Below are positions 17,810 through 27,063 of a stretch of DNA of 60,648 nt, piece after piece. Source of the DNA: Eubacteriales bacterium. Lineage in GTDB: Bacteria > Bacillota > Clostridia > Oscillospirales > UBA644. A program made the position numbers and the translations under genes. The number at the start of each line of letters is the position of its first letter. Position 1 is the first letter of the stretch. The stretch is from positions 1 through 60,648 of the forward strand of contig JAZSCR010000173.1 of assembly GCA_045530715.1 (NCBI GenBank). The letters are read 5' to 3'. A model generated the notes under the pieces. The model worked only from the letters and a program-made list of their open reading frames with translations, was not told the DNA's origin and made no database searches.

Positions 17810-18873
17810 TAGAAAAATTGAAGAATACTCTTGATAAAAACACGGCGGTCCTTATAGTAGACCCTGCAAACCGCAGATATTATACAGGAATGAATACCTC
17901 TAACGGTTACATTATCGCCACCGCCGAAAAGGCTTGCTTCTTTACCGACTTCCGCTATATAACCGCGGCCAAAAATAAGGTTTATAAGAACGTTTCCGTT
18001 GGCCTTATTGAAAAGAAAATGGCAGAAACGATCAAAGAGTATTTGGCGGGACTTGATATTAAGACTGTGATTTTTGAAGAGAACTACCTTTCCTTTGCTA
18101 TAGCAGACGGCCTTAAAAAGGCTCTTCCCGAGTATGAATTTGTAGGTGGACAGAAGAAGATATCTTCCTTCCGTGAAATAAAAACGGTTGACGAGATAAA
18201 CGCTATTAAGGCCGCCCAGAAGATAACCGACGAATCCTTCCTCTTTATCTGTGACTATATTCACGCAAACAAAAATAAGGGCATTACCGAAAAGGATATT
18301 GCTCTTGAGCTTGAGTTTGATATGAGAAGAAAGGGCTCGGGAGCTATGCCCTTCTCCATAATCGTGGCTTCGGGTCCCAACTCCGCCCTTCCCCACGCTG
18401 TACCTTCCGATAGAATTATCGGTGATGGTGACTTTGTTACCATGGACTACGGCTCTTCTTTCGGCGGATACTGTAGCGACATGACTCGTACAATAGCCGT
18501 AGGTCACGTTACTGACGAGATGAAAAAGATATACGATACCGTTCTTGAAGCCCAGATGACCGCTATCAAAGGCATTAAGGCAGGTATTATCGGAAAGGAT
18601 GCCGACGGCCTCGCTCGCGACGTAATTACTGCCGCAGGCTACGGTGAGTACTTCGGCCACTCTCTTGGACACAGCGTTGGCCTTGAGGTACACGAAAGCC
18701 CCAACTTCTCCCAGGGTTACCTTGACCCCATTCCCGCAAACACCGTCCTCAGCGTTGAGCCCGGCATCTATATTGAGGGCTTCTGCGGAGTAAGAATAGA
18801 AGACCTCGTGGTTGTAAAAGAAGACGGCGTAGAGGACATTACCGACTCCGATAAGTCGCTTATTATTCTTTAA
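17806..18873 (+). CDS. pepP: M24 family Xaa-Pro aminopeptidase/dipeptidase
   Basis: It carries FGHSLGHSVGLEVHE and VEPGIY motifs and a creatinase-like N-domain. The start overlaps the upstream stop. Confidence 0.85.
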   Translation: MIEKLKNTLDKNTAVLIVDPANRRYYTGMNTSNGYIIATAEKACFFTDFRYITAAKNKVYKNVSVGLIEKKMAETIKEYLAGLDIKTVIFEENYLSFAIADGLKKALPEYEFVGGQKKISSFREIKTVDEINAIKAAQKITDESFLFICDYIHANKNKGITEKDIALELEFDMRRKGSGAMPFSIIVASGPNSALPHAVPSDRIIGDGDFVTMDYGSSFGGYCSDMTRTIAVGHVTDEMKKIYDTVLEAQMTAIKGIKAGIIGKDADGLARDVITAAGYGEYFGHSLGHSVGLEVHESPNFSQGYLDPIPANTVLSVEPGIYIEGFCGVRIEDLVVVKEDGVEDITDSDKSLIIL

Positions 18874-18879
18874 TATACA

Positions 18880-18911
18880 AAAAGAATCCATCCTTTCGGA
18901 TGGATTCTTTT
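18880..18911. terminator. Bidirectional terminator between convergent pepP and the hemZ-like gene
   Basis: A 14-bp stem, aaaagaatccatcc / ggatggattctttt, with loop tttc. Confidence 0.8.
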
Positions 18912-18915
18912 GCTT

Positions 18916-20301
18916 TTATTCTTCTTTTAAATACTCAAGCGGCAATTTTTTATTGCCATCTCTTTTTACGCCTTCTTCGTCAAGGCGTTTTGTTACGGCC
19001 CCTGCGCCTATGCCGTATATCTGCTGGATATCGTCCATCATCCATACGTTATACAGACATTCTTGGCCTTTAAGGGAATATCCGATATTTTCGCCGTTGC
19101 CCATTGTGTTTTTCTGGCGGTAGAGGTAGTAGGGACGGTAATCCCTTGCCGCCGCCCTTTCCCTCATATATGAGAGCATGGAATTTATTTTTCTTGCATC
19201 GGAGCTTTCGGATATTTCTTCGGCCTTTCCGTAGGCTCCGAAATCCGCCGCCCTTTTAAGATATAGAGTATGGAGGGTAATGTTTTCGGGCTTGAGAGCT
19301 TCTATTCCGTCTACCGAGGCAAAAAAGCTTTCTTCCGTATCAAGGGGAAGGCCCGCGATAAGGTCAACGTTTTTATCAAAGGAGTATTTCGATGCCCATT
19401 CGTAGGCGTCGAAAAACTGCTTTACGGTATGTTTTCTGCCCACAGCATCAAGAACCTTCTGGGAAAGAGTCTGAGGATTTATGCTTACTCTTGTAACCCC
19501 GCTGTCGGCAAGAATGGCCAATTTCTCGGGGGTAATGGTATCGAGGCGACCGGCCTCAAAGGTGAATTCCTCCACAGGAAATCTTTTTAAGAACTGCTCT
19601 TGGATAGCATCCAGGAGCTTTTTCATTTCCTTTGGTTCAAGTACTGAGGGCGTACCTCCCCCTATGTATATGGACTTTATTACCTTTTCGTCCTTTAAAG
19701 CCGCTTCTGAGGCTGTTTTCGCCTCATTTATCAGCTTTTCCACATAGTCGGGTATAAGATGTGCCTCCCTGCCCGTAATGGCTGAAACGAAAGAACAGTA
19801 TGAACAGCGTGATGGGCAGAAGGGGATGGAAACGTAAAGACTTGCTGCATCGGGAGTGTTCTTTTCTACCGCCGACTGTCTGCCTTCAAGTACCTCTTGA
19901 CAGAGGGAGAGCTTTTCGTCTGATATGGAAAACAGGCTCTTCATTACTCTGTTTGCATCTTCGCTGAACTCAGCTCTTACCTTTTGGTAAAAGAGGGCGG
20001 GGCGTATGCCTGTAAGGCTTCCCCAGGGGGAAGTTATTCCCGTGGCTTTGCAGAGGGCAAGGTAGGCTGCCTTTTTTACGGCTGCTCTTTCTTTATCAAG
20101 AGGAAAATCAGATAAAGCAACCTCTTCTGTTACTTCTTTATCTTTGCAGATAAAGGTGGCCTTTGCCGTTTTTTCTCCCAAAATAACGGTAAGCTCTTTA
20201 TCGGAGGTATCTCCTTCTTTAAAGCTTTCTCTGGGGAAAAATATAAGACAGAGGCTTTGAATATCGTATCTGTAAGAGTGGTTTACGTTATAAACTTTCA
20301 A
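18916..20301 (-). CDS. HemZ/HemN-like radical SAM protein, family of the oxygen-independent coproporphyrinogen dehydrogenases
   Basis: Radical SAM cluster motif CPSRCSYCSF and a length of 461 aa. Confidence 0.7.
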   Translation of the reverse strand: MKVYNVNHSYRYDIQSLCLIFFPRESFKEGDTSDKELTVILGEKTAKATFICKDKEVTEEVALSDFPLDKERAAVKKAAYLALCKATGITSPWGSLTGIRPALFYQKVRAEFSEDANRVMKSLFSISDEKLSLCQEVLEGRQSAVEKNTPDAASLYVSIPFCPSRCSYCSFVSAITGREAHLIPDYVEKLINEAKTASEAALKDEKVIKSIYIGGGTPSVLEPKEMKKLLDAIQEQFLKRFPVEEFTFEAGRLDTITPEKLAILADSGVTRVSINPQTLSQKVLDAVGRKHTVKQFFDAYEWASKYSFDKNVDLIAGLPLDTEESFFASVDGIEALKPENITLHTLYLKRAADFGAYGKAEEISESSDARKINSMLSYMRERAAARDYRPYYLYRQKNTMGNGENIGYSLKGQECLYNVWMMDDIQQIYGIGAGAVTKRLDEEGVKRDGNKKLPLEYLKEE

Positions 20302-20312
20302 TGCTTTATTCC

Positions 20313-21389
20313 TTATTCTGCGTTCTCAAGGGCTTCCTTAAGGGTAGGAAGTATGCCTTGGTACATTCTGTAAAAACCCAGGTCGTTGGGATGAATGTTA
20401 TCAACGGTGCATTCAAGTCTGTCATCTTCACCGAATAACTTTTCTCCATCCACAAAATAAACCTGTTTATCTCCCGCCGCCAAAGCGTTGTTGTAGGTGT
20501 TTAAAATGACGTCTCTAAACAGTTGGAAGGTCTTGGGGTATCGGTCGGTATTGGGGCGAGAAATCATCACGATGGGAAGGTCAGGGTTTGCTTTTCTGAT
20601 TATATTGAAAAACTTTTCGTGGGTTGCCTGAAGGTAATCTACTTTGTTTGAGTTGTGGTCATAGTCCATAACAAAGGCAGACATGGGGATTTCGGATATC
20701 ATCTCCGCAACGAAATCCTCGCCCTTTGCAGAGCCCGAAAATCCCAGATTTATCTGGTCAAATCCAAGTTTTCTTGCTAACAAGGCCGTATAGTTCGTTC
20801 CGGGACGAGAGGCGCATCCGCCCTGAGTAATTGAGCTACCGTAAAAGACTACGGGCTTTTCATACTTCATAGGAGAGGGCATTTCTATAACCGCATCAGG
20901 GTCAAGACCTATTTCAACTCTTTTTACGGCAGAGTAGAGGGGGAAGTTGAGAGTTATTTCTCTCATTACCTTCTCGTTTGAAAGGTGCTTTGTGTTTCCG
21001 TAATGTATGCCGTCTTCGCTTTTTGCGTTTATACAGCCCGCAAATGTCATGTTTCCGGGTTCTCCGTAGTAAAAGTCAAATCCTTTTACCGAGTTTTCCG
21101 TTATTCGGGTGCTTCCGTCTACGGTGTCGAGCTCAAGCTCCCATTTTACACCCAGCAGATGTGAGTTTGTTTTAAACCTTACAGCTCCGCCCGAGGCACA
21201 TTTTCTTAAGGTGTTGAGCTTAAGGCTGTATTTATCTTCAAATTTATCGGGGAGGCGATGATAATTTCCGTTTTCTTCAAGCCAGGGGAATCCGGTTATT
21301 TTTACGGGAGCGTTTCTGATTTCAATATAGAGTAGGTTTTCCTCTCCGCCGTCTTGTATGAAATTTTTATCTAAATCTTCTAATTTCAT
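20313..21389 (-). CDS. SGNH/GDSL hydrolase with an N-terminal beta-sandwich domain, CE2-like acetyl esterase architecture
   Basis: GSSITQG (block I) and DNIHPND (block V) in the C-terminal half, after an N-terminal domain of about 170 aa. Confidence 0.65.
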   Translation of the reverse strand: MKLEDLDKNFIQDGGEENLLYIEIRNAPVKITGFPWLEENGNYHRLPDKFEDKYSLKLNTLRKCASGGAVRFKTNSHLLGVKWELELDTVDGSTRITENSVKGFDFYYGEPGNMTFAGCINAKSEDGIHYGNTKHLSNEKVMREITLNFPLYSAVKRVEIGLDPDAVIEMPSPMKYEKPVVFYGSSITQGGCASRPGTNYTALLARKLGFDQINLGFSGSAKGEDFVAEMISEIPMSAFVMDYDHNSNKVDYLQATHEKFFNIIRKANPDLPIVMISRPNTDRYPKTFQLFRDVILNTYNNALAAGDKQVYFVDGEKLFGEDDRLECTVDNIHPNDLGFYRMYQGILPTLKEALENAE

Positions 21390-21401
21390 AGTTTGTTATC
21401 C

Positions 21402-22028
21402 TCATATAGCATAGTATGAAAAGTTTTCTATTTCTGTTTCCAAGATGGTGGGGTCTCCGTGGCCCGGATATATTGTAATACTGCCGTCAAATTGCTTAAG
21501 CTTATTAAGAGATTCTTTCATTTGTGAAGCAGATCCTCTGGGGAAGTCCGTTCTTCCTATGGAGTTCTGAAAAACCGTATCTCCCGAAAACATAATCTTA
21601 TCCGCTAAAAGGCACATGGAACCGGGGGTGTGTCCCGGAGTATGGATAACCGTTATCTTTTGACCTTCGAAGTCAATAATATCGCCGTCATTGACCAAAA
21701 CGTCTGCTTTTGGCAGTGTTATGGGCAACCCCGTACCAATGGGGTCGCAGAGGGATAGGTTTGAAAGATACTCTGCCTCGTCGGTGTGTATGTATACGGT
21801 CGCTCCGTATTTTTCCGCAAGGCTCTTTGTACCGTAAATATGGTCAAAGTGGCCGTGGGTAAGAATGATTTTTGATACGGGTAACCCTTGGAGATCTTTT
21901 TCAGTGAGTTCAAAACCAATTCCCGGGTCCACTATCAAAACCGAGTTTTCTCCGAAAACCAGATAGGTGTTCTCGTCCAGAGGATTTATTGCTCTTTTAA
22001 TTATCATAGCTTTATTTTTTATAGTCAT
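21402..22028 (-). CDS. MBL-fold metallo-hydrolase (glyoxalase II-like)
   Basis: THGHFDH motif, HTPGHTPG, 208 aa. Confidence 0.8.
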   Translation of the reverse strand: MTIKNKAMIIKRAINPLDENTYLVFGENSVLIVDPGIGFELTEKDLQGLPVSKIILTHGHFDHIYGTKSLAEKYGATVYIHTDEAEYLSNLSLCDPIGTGLPITLPKADVLVNDGDIIDFEGQKITVIHTPGHTPGSMCLLADKIMFSGDTVFQNSIGRTDFPRGSASQMKESLNKLKQFDGSITIYPGHGDPTILETEIENFSYYAI

Positions 22029-22461
22029 CGGTATCGAGTATAAGGGTTACGGGGCCGTCGTTGAGGAGTTCAATCTTCATGTCGCCCCCGAACACTCCCG
22101 TTTGTACAGGCTTTTTGGTCTGCAATGATGATGTAAACAGTTCATAAAGGGGCTTTGCAATATCGGGCTTGGCCGCCTCAATAAATGCTGGTCTTTTCCC
22201 GTGGGAAGTGTCGGCGTAGAGAGTGAACTGGGAAACGGACATAATTTCTCCGTCCACGTCGTCTACGGAGAGGTTCATCTTATCGTTTTCATCTCTGAAA
22301 ATTCTTATTCCCGAGCATTTTGAGGCGAGAAGCGTGGCTTCTTTTTCGGTGTCGCCCTCCCGTACGCCTACGAGAATAAGTAGTCCCTTTCCTATCTTGG
22401 AATATACCTCGCCGTCTATTGACAGGGTGCAGTATTTTACTCTTTGTATGCAGGCTCTCAT
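22012..22461 (-). CDS. dtd: D-aminoacyl-tRNA deacylase
   Basis: A 149-aa ORF with MRACIQRV...LLILVGV and SQFTLYAD motifs. It sits downstream of relA, as is usual. Confidence 0.9.
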   Translation of the reverse strand: MRACIQRVKYCTLSIDGEVYSKIGKGLLILVGVREGDTEKEATLLASKCSGIRIFRDENDKMNLSVDDVDGEIMSVSQFTLYADTSHGKRPAFIEAAKPDIAKPLYELFTSSLQTKKPVQTGVFGGDMKIELLNDGPVTLILDTDDYKK

Positions 22462-22477
22462 TTATGACACTTCCTTA

Positions 22478-24616
22478 TCAGGTGGTTCTGTATACGTCTA
22501 TAACGTTGGTGATCTTCTTCATACGCTTGGCAACGCTGTCAAGATGTTCAATATCGTGTACGTCTACCTTTACGTATATTCTTACCGTTCCGTCGCCCTG
22601 GCTGGAGGTGTTTATGGAGTGCATAAGAACTCTCATGCCCGCAAGGACGGTGGTGATATCAACGGCAAGGTCGTATCTGTTTACCGCAACGATGCAAAGG
22701 GTAGCGGCGAAGTATTCGCTTATCTTTCCTGCCCAGCTTACGCGTATTCTGCGTTCCTCGGGGGTGTTGATAACGTTCTTACAGTCGGATTTGTGTACCG
22801 AAACGCCATTGCCACGGGTGATAAAACCGGTAATATCGTCACCGGGAAGGGGTACACAGCAGTGGGCAAGACGTACAAGACAGTTGTCAATATCCTCAAC
22901 GATTATGCCGTTAATGGCTTTTCGTGAGGTCTTTACTTCGGGCGCTTGCTTGGGAATAGCGGCCTGCTTGACTTTGTTGTATTCCTCTTCTATTTTGGGG
23001 AGTATTTTTGATATGGTTATACCGCCGTAGCCAATAGCTGCGTAGAAGTCGTTAAGGTCGTTGCAGTTATATCTCTTAAAGAAGGATGCCAAAAGATCTT
23101 CCCTTGTGCAGTGAGTAAAGGTGATGTTCAGGCGGCGGAACTCTTTTTCAATAAGGTCGCGGCCGTTAGTGATGTTTTCGTCTCTCTTTTCCTTTTTGAA
23201 CCACTGACGAATCTTGGTTTTTGCTTCACTGGTGCGTACCAGCTTAAGCCAGTCACGGGAAGGCCCGAGGGCGTTGGGGGAGGTAAGGATTTCTACCACG
23301 TCGCCGTTCTGGAGCTTTGTTACAAGCTCGGCAATCTTACCGTTTACCTTTGCTCCCACCATTCGGTTACCTACCTGGCTGTGGATAGCGTAGGCAAAGT
23401 CAATAATATTTGCCTCTGAGGGAAGGGTAACTATATCTCCCTTAGGGGTTGAAACAAATACCTGGTCAGCAAAAAGGTCTATTTTGAAGGCCTTTAAGAA
23501 CTCATCGTCGTCCTTGATGTCCTTCTGCACTTCAAGAAGGGTTCTTACCCAGCGGAGCTTTTCGTCATCATTCTTTCCACCCAGAACGCCCGCCTTATAC
23601 TTCCAGTGGGCGGCTATACCCATTTCAGCTATCTTGTGCATCTCTTTTGTTCTTATCTGTACTTCAAAAAGAGTGCCCTTATATGAAACGGTGGTGTGGA
23701 GGGACTGATACATATTGGGCTTGGGGTTTGATATATAGTCCTTGAGTCTGCCGGGGATAGCGTGGAAAATATCGTGTATATAGCCAAGAACGGTGTAACA
23801 TTCACTTACCGAGCTTACGATAATTCTGTAGGCGTAAAGGTCAAATATCTCGCTGAATTCCTTGTCCTGAGTAAACATCTTGCGATAGATACTGTAAAGG
23901 TGCTTGATTCGGCTGTCAACGCTGGCAGTTATATTTTCTTCTTGAAGCTTGTTTATAATAATGCTCTTGGTTTCTTCGAAGAAGGTGTTGTTCTTAAAAA
24001 TCTCAAGGTCTTCGGTTATTTCTTTATATCCTATGGGGTCAAGATATTTAAGGGAGATATCCTCAAGCTCGCTCTTCAGGTTCTGGATACCCAGTCTGTG
24101 AGCAAGAGGAGCGTATACCTCAATGGTTTCAAGGGCTTTTATGCGCTGCTTGTCGGGGGACTGACTGTCAAGGGTTCTCATGTTGTGCAGTCTGTCCGCC
24201 AGTTTTATAAGTATAACACGGATGTCCTTTGCCATTGCAAGGAGCATCTTTCTCAAGCTTTCAATCTGTTGCTCTTCCTTTGAGGAGTACATAATTTTAT
24301 TAAGCTTTGTAACCCCGTCTACAAGGAGAGCTATGTCTTCTCCGAAGCGCTTCTTTACGGTGTCAAGGTCTATATCGGTATCTTCCACCGTATCGTGAAG
24401 AAGGGCGGCGATTACGGAGCCCGTGTCTGCATGGTAGGATATGAGTATCTTTGCCACCTCGATGGGGTGATAAATATAATCCTCTCCGGATTTTCTCTTT
24501 TGTCCTTCATGTGCCTGGGCGGCAAAGGCCAACGCTTCCAGAATCTTCTCCACGTCATAGTGGTCTTTTCTTCTTTCCAGCGCTTCAAGCAGGTTTTCTG
24601 CGTAATTCTTTTCCAT
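22478..24616 (-). CDS. relA: Bifunctional (p)ppGpp synthetase/hydrolase (RelA/SpoT homolog)
   Basis: HD hydrolase domain (LHDTVEDT), synthetase domain, then TGS and ACT regions. 712 aa. Confidence 0.93.
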   Translation of the reverse strand: MEKNYAENLLEALERRKDHYDVEKILEALAFAAQAHEGQKRKSGEDYIYHPIEVAKILISYHADTGSVIAALLHDTVEDTDIDLDTVKKRFGEDIALLVDGVTKLNKIMYSSKEEQQIESLRKMLLAMAKDIRVILIKLADRLHNMRTLDSQSPDKQRIKALETIEVYAPLAHRLGIQNLKSELEDISLKYLDPIGYKEITEDLEIFKNNTFFEETKSIIINKLQEENITASVDSRIKHLYSIYRKMFTQDKEFSEIFDLYAYRIIVSSVSECYTVLGYIHDIFHAIPGRLKDYISNPKPNMYQSLHTTVSYKGTLFEVQIRTKEMHKIAEMGIAAHWKYKAGVLGGKNDDEKLRWVRTLLEVQKDIKDDDEFLKAFKIDLFADQVFVSTPKGDIVTLPSEANIIDFAYAIHSQVGNRMVGAKVNGKIAELVTKLQNGDVVEILTSPNALGPSRDWLKLVRTSEAKTKIRQWFKKEKRDENITNGRDLIEKEFRRLNITFTHCTREDLLASFFKRYNCNDLNDFYAAIGYGGITISKILPKIEEEYNKVKQAAIPKQAPEVKTSRKAINGIIVEDIDNCLVRLAHCCVPLPGDDITGFITRGNGVSVHKSDCKNVINTPEERRIRVSWAGKISEYFAATLCIVAVNRYDLAVDITTVLAGMRVLMHSINTSSQGDGTVRIYVKVDVHDIEHLDSVAKRMKKITNVIDVYRTT

Positions 24617-24641
24617 AAGATTTTCCTTTTGTATTGTAATA

Positions 24642-26738
24642 TCAGCTTTGCTTTTCCGCAGCTCTGAATGTTGCGGAATCGGAAAGGGAGGTTTTTCTTT
24701 GGGGATTTGCGGTTACGGAAAGTATCTCATCCTCCGATACCGCCTTCGCTCTTATAAAAGCATGGTCTATTATCTGAAGCTCGGTCATGGCGTCAAGACA
24801 GAGTCGAAGTTTTAAATAACTGAAAGCATTTCCCATCTTTCTGGTAAGGGCTCGGCATATTCCAAGGGGGCTGATTTTTACACTATCGGTCCCTTTTGCG
24901 GAAAGGGTGTTTTTTATGTACTTGAATACTACTCCAACGTCGTCGCGGGTTATTCTTTCGCTGTCGGGGATAGTGTCCTGCTGAGCCTTGAAGGTCAGAT
25001 ACTGCACCTTGCTCTTTTCTGCTTGCTTGTGTTCTTCACTTCCAAAGGCCAGGTCGGACAGCTCCATTGCCCTTATTACGGAGGAGAGCGAACGGTTTCC
25101 TCTGTAAATGTTTTCGTCCACGGTGCAGATGATATTTACTCTGTCACCTACCGAGCAACTCATTTCCTCTGCGGAAGAAGAGAAATTGAGAGCTGAAAAG
25201 CTTCTTCCTTCCTCATCAGAAAATGTGATTCTTGCAAATCTTCCCTGAGAAATGGGGAATATGTCGGTAATTTTTATGTTCTGTAATCCGAATGCGGGAG
25301 TGGGATTTGCAGCGCCGAAGGGTTCAAGCCTTTTTATGGAGTCATAGGTTTCAAGGGTCATGTCTTCAACCGAAAGCAGACATTCCGCTTCTTCGGTGGC
25401 AAAAAGGGCTTCTTCGGAAATGTTTTTTTCGGCATATTCGGTGGCGGCCTTTCTGAATGCCTCGAAATCCTCTTCCTTTACCGTAAGGCCTGCAGCCATA
25501 GCGTGTCCGCCAAATTTGCTCAGTCCCGTGGCGGATGCTGAAAGGAGGTCGTATATGTTGATGCCCTGCCTGCTTCTTCCCGAGCCCTTGGCTGTGGTTC
25601 CGTCGGTGCAGAAAAGTATACAGGGACGGCTGTAGGTTTCGGAGAGCCTTGAAGCAACTATTCCGATAACCCCGTTGTGCCAATGGGGGGATTTTTCTAT
25701 AATTATCTTGTTTATTTTCTTTGCGGCAAGTCTGTTTTCAACGTCCTTGAGTATCTCCGTTTCCATTTTCTGCCTTTGGGCGTTTTCTTCACAGAGGATT
25801 GATGCCATTTCTTCGGCTTCCGTGGGGTCGGTGGCCGTCAGGAGCTTTACCGCAACATAGGGGTCGCCTATTCTTCCCGCGGCATTAAGGCGGGGAGCTA
25901 TTCTGTAGGCTACCGTAGATGCATCAAGGGGCTTTTCGTCACTTCCCGAGGCCTTCATAAGAGCCTTTATCCCTACGGGGATATTCTTCTCCATAGACTT
26001 AAGACCGAGGGATACGATAACCCTGTTTTCACCCTTAAGGGGCATAATGTCTGCTATGGTTCCGATAGCCGTAAATCCCACGTATTTAAGGGCGTTTTCG
26101 GTGCCCGAAAGGGCTTCGATTAGCTTAAATGTAACGCCTACACCTGCAAGGTTTTCAAAGGGGTATTTTGAATCCGCCCTTTTGGGGTTGACCACGGGAC
26201 AGGAGGGGATTTCATCCTTGCCATTTTCGTCCCTTTTGCACTCGTGATGGTCGGTGACCACACATTTAAGTCCCAGAGATGTGGCGTAAGCGATTTCTTC
26301 TGCCGCGGAAATGCCGGTATCGACGGTTATAATAAGCGAGGTGCCGTTTGCCGCTATTTTATCAATGGCCGAATTGTTAATACCGTAGCCCTCTTCAATT
26401 CTGTTGGGGATGTAGTAATCAACCCTTGCACCCACCGATTTAAGGTATCCGTAGAGTATGGTTATGGAGGTGATTCCGTCCACGTCGTAGTCGCCGTATA
26501 CGGTTATCTTTTCGTCATTCTCTATGGCGGTGCGGATGATTTCTGTGGCCTCTCTTATATCAGGCATAAGATATGGGGAATGGAGGCCGCTTTTGTCCGA
26601 ATTCATAAAGGCAAATGCCTCTTCGGGGGTGGTGCATCCTCTGTTGCAAAGAAGGCGTGCTGTTATATTATCAAAGCCTGCAGAAACAAGGGCTTCCACT
26701 ACGGCTGTATTCTGTTGTCTGATTATCTGTTTTATCAT
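24642..26738 (-). CDS. recJ: Single-stranded-DNA-specific exonuclease RecJ
   Basis: DHH motifs (GDYDVDGITS, TVDTG, VTDHH) and a DHHA1 domain. 698 aa. Confidence 0.9.
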   Translation of the reverse strand: MIKQIIRQQNTAVVEALVSAGFDNITARLLCNRGCTTPEEAFAFMNSDKSGLHSPYLMPDIREATEIIRTAIENDEKITVYGDYDVDGITSITILYGYLKSVGARVDYYIPNRIEEGYGINNSAIDKIAANGTSLIITVDTGISAAEEIAYATSLGLKCVVTDHHECKRDENGKDEIPSCPVVNPKRADSKYPFENLAGVGVTFKLIEALSGTENALKYVGFTAIGTIADIMPLKGENRVIVSLGLKSMEKNIPVGIKALMKASGSDEKPLDASTVAYRIAPRLNAAGRIGDPYVAVKLLTATDPTEAEEMASILCEENAQRQKMETEILKDVENRLAAKKINKIIIEKSPHWHNGVIGIVASRLSETYSRPCILFCTDGTTAKGSGRSRQGINIYDLLSASATGLSKFGGHAMAAGLTVKEEDFEAFRKAATEYAEKNISEEALFATEEAECLLSVEDMTLETYDSIKRLEPFGAANPTPAFGLQNIKITDIFPISQGRFARITFSDEEGRSFSALNFSSSAEEMSCSVGDRVNIICTVDENIYRGNRSLSSVIRAMELSDLAFGSEEHKQAEKSKVQYLTFKAQQDTIPDSERITRDDVGVVFKYIKNTLSAKGTDSVKISPLGICRALTRKMGNAFSYLKLRLCLDAMTELQIIDHAFIRAKAVSEDEILSVTANPQRKTSLSDSATFRAAEKQS

Positions 26739-26923
26739 GGTGTTTTTATCTTTTCCGTTATGTAAGGGTACAAATCCCTATTATAATTATATTATAAATT
26801 ATATTATATCACATTCCGGCGCTTTTTTAAAGGTGTATATCTTGACAAAAAGGTGAAATGTGCAAAAGATGACGAGTAAAAAACCTGGGTGCCGGGTATT
26901 TAAAAATTCTTTTTCTAAATCTA

Positions 26924-26953
26924 TTGACAGTGTTATTTTCTCTATGATATAAT
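26924..26953 (+). promoter_or_regulatory. SigA promoter with an extended -10 for the large lipoprotein gene
   Basis: TTGACA (26924-26929), an 18-nt spacer, then TGaTATAAT (26945-26953). Confidence 0.6.
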
Positions 26954-27063
26954 ATTTATGACAAGAGTATGAACTCTGCTGATTCTTTGCATCATTTTGG
27001 CATTTTAATGTGTCTTAATATATAGAGAGATAAATATATATGTTCGAAAGGAGCGCACAAACC

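Noticed and set aside
26868-26951. A 27-codon ORF (MTSKKPGCRVFKNSFSKSIDSVIFSMI) in the recJ/lipoprotein intergenic region.
   Set aside because: There is no properly spaced RBS, and it spans the -35 and -10 boxes of the lipoprotein promoter.
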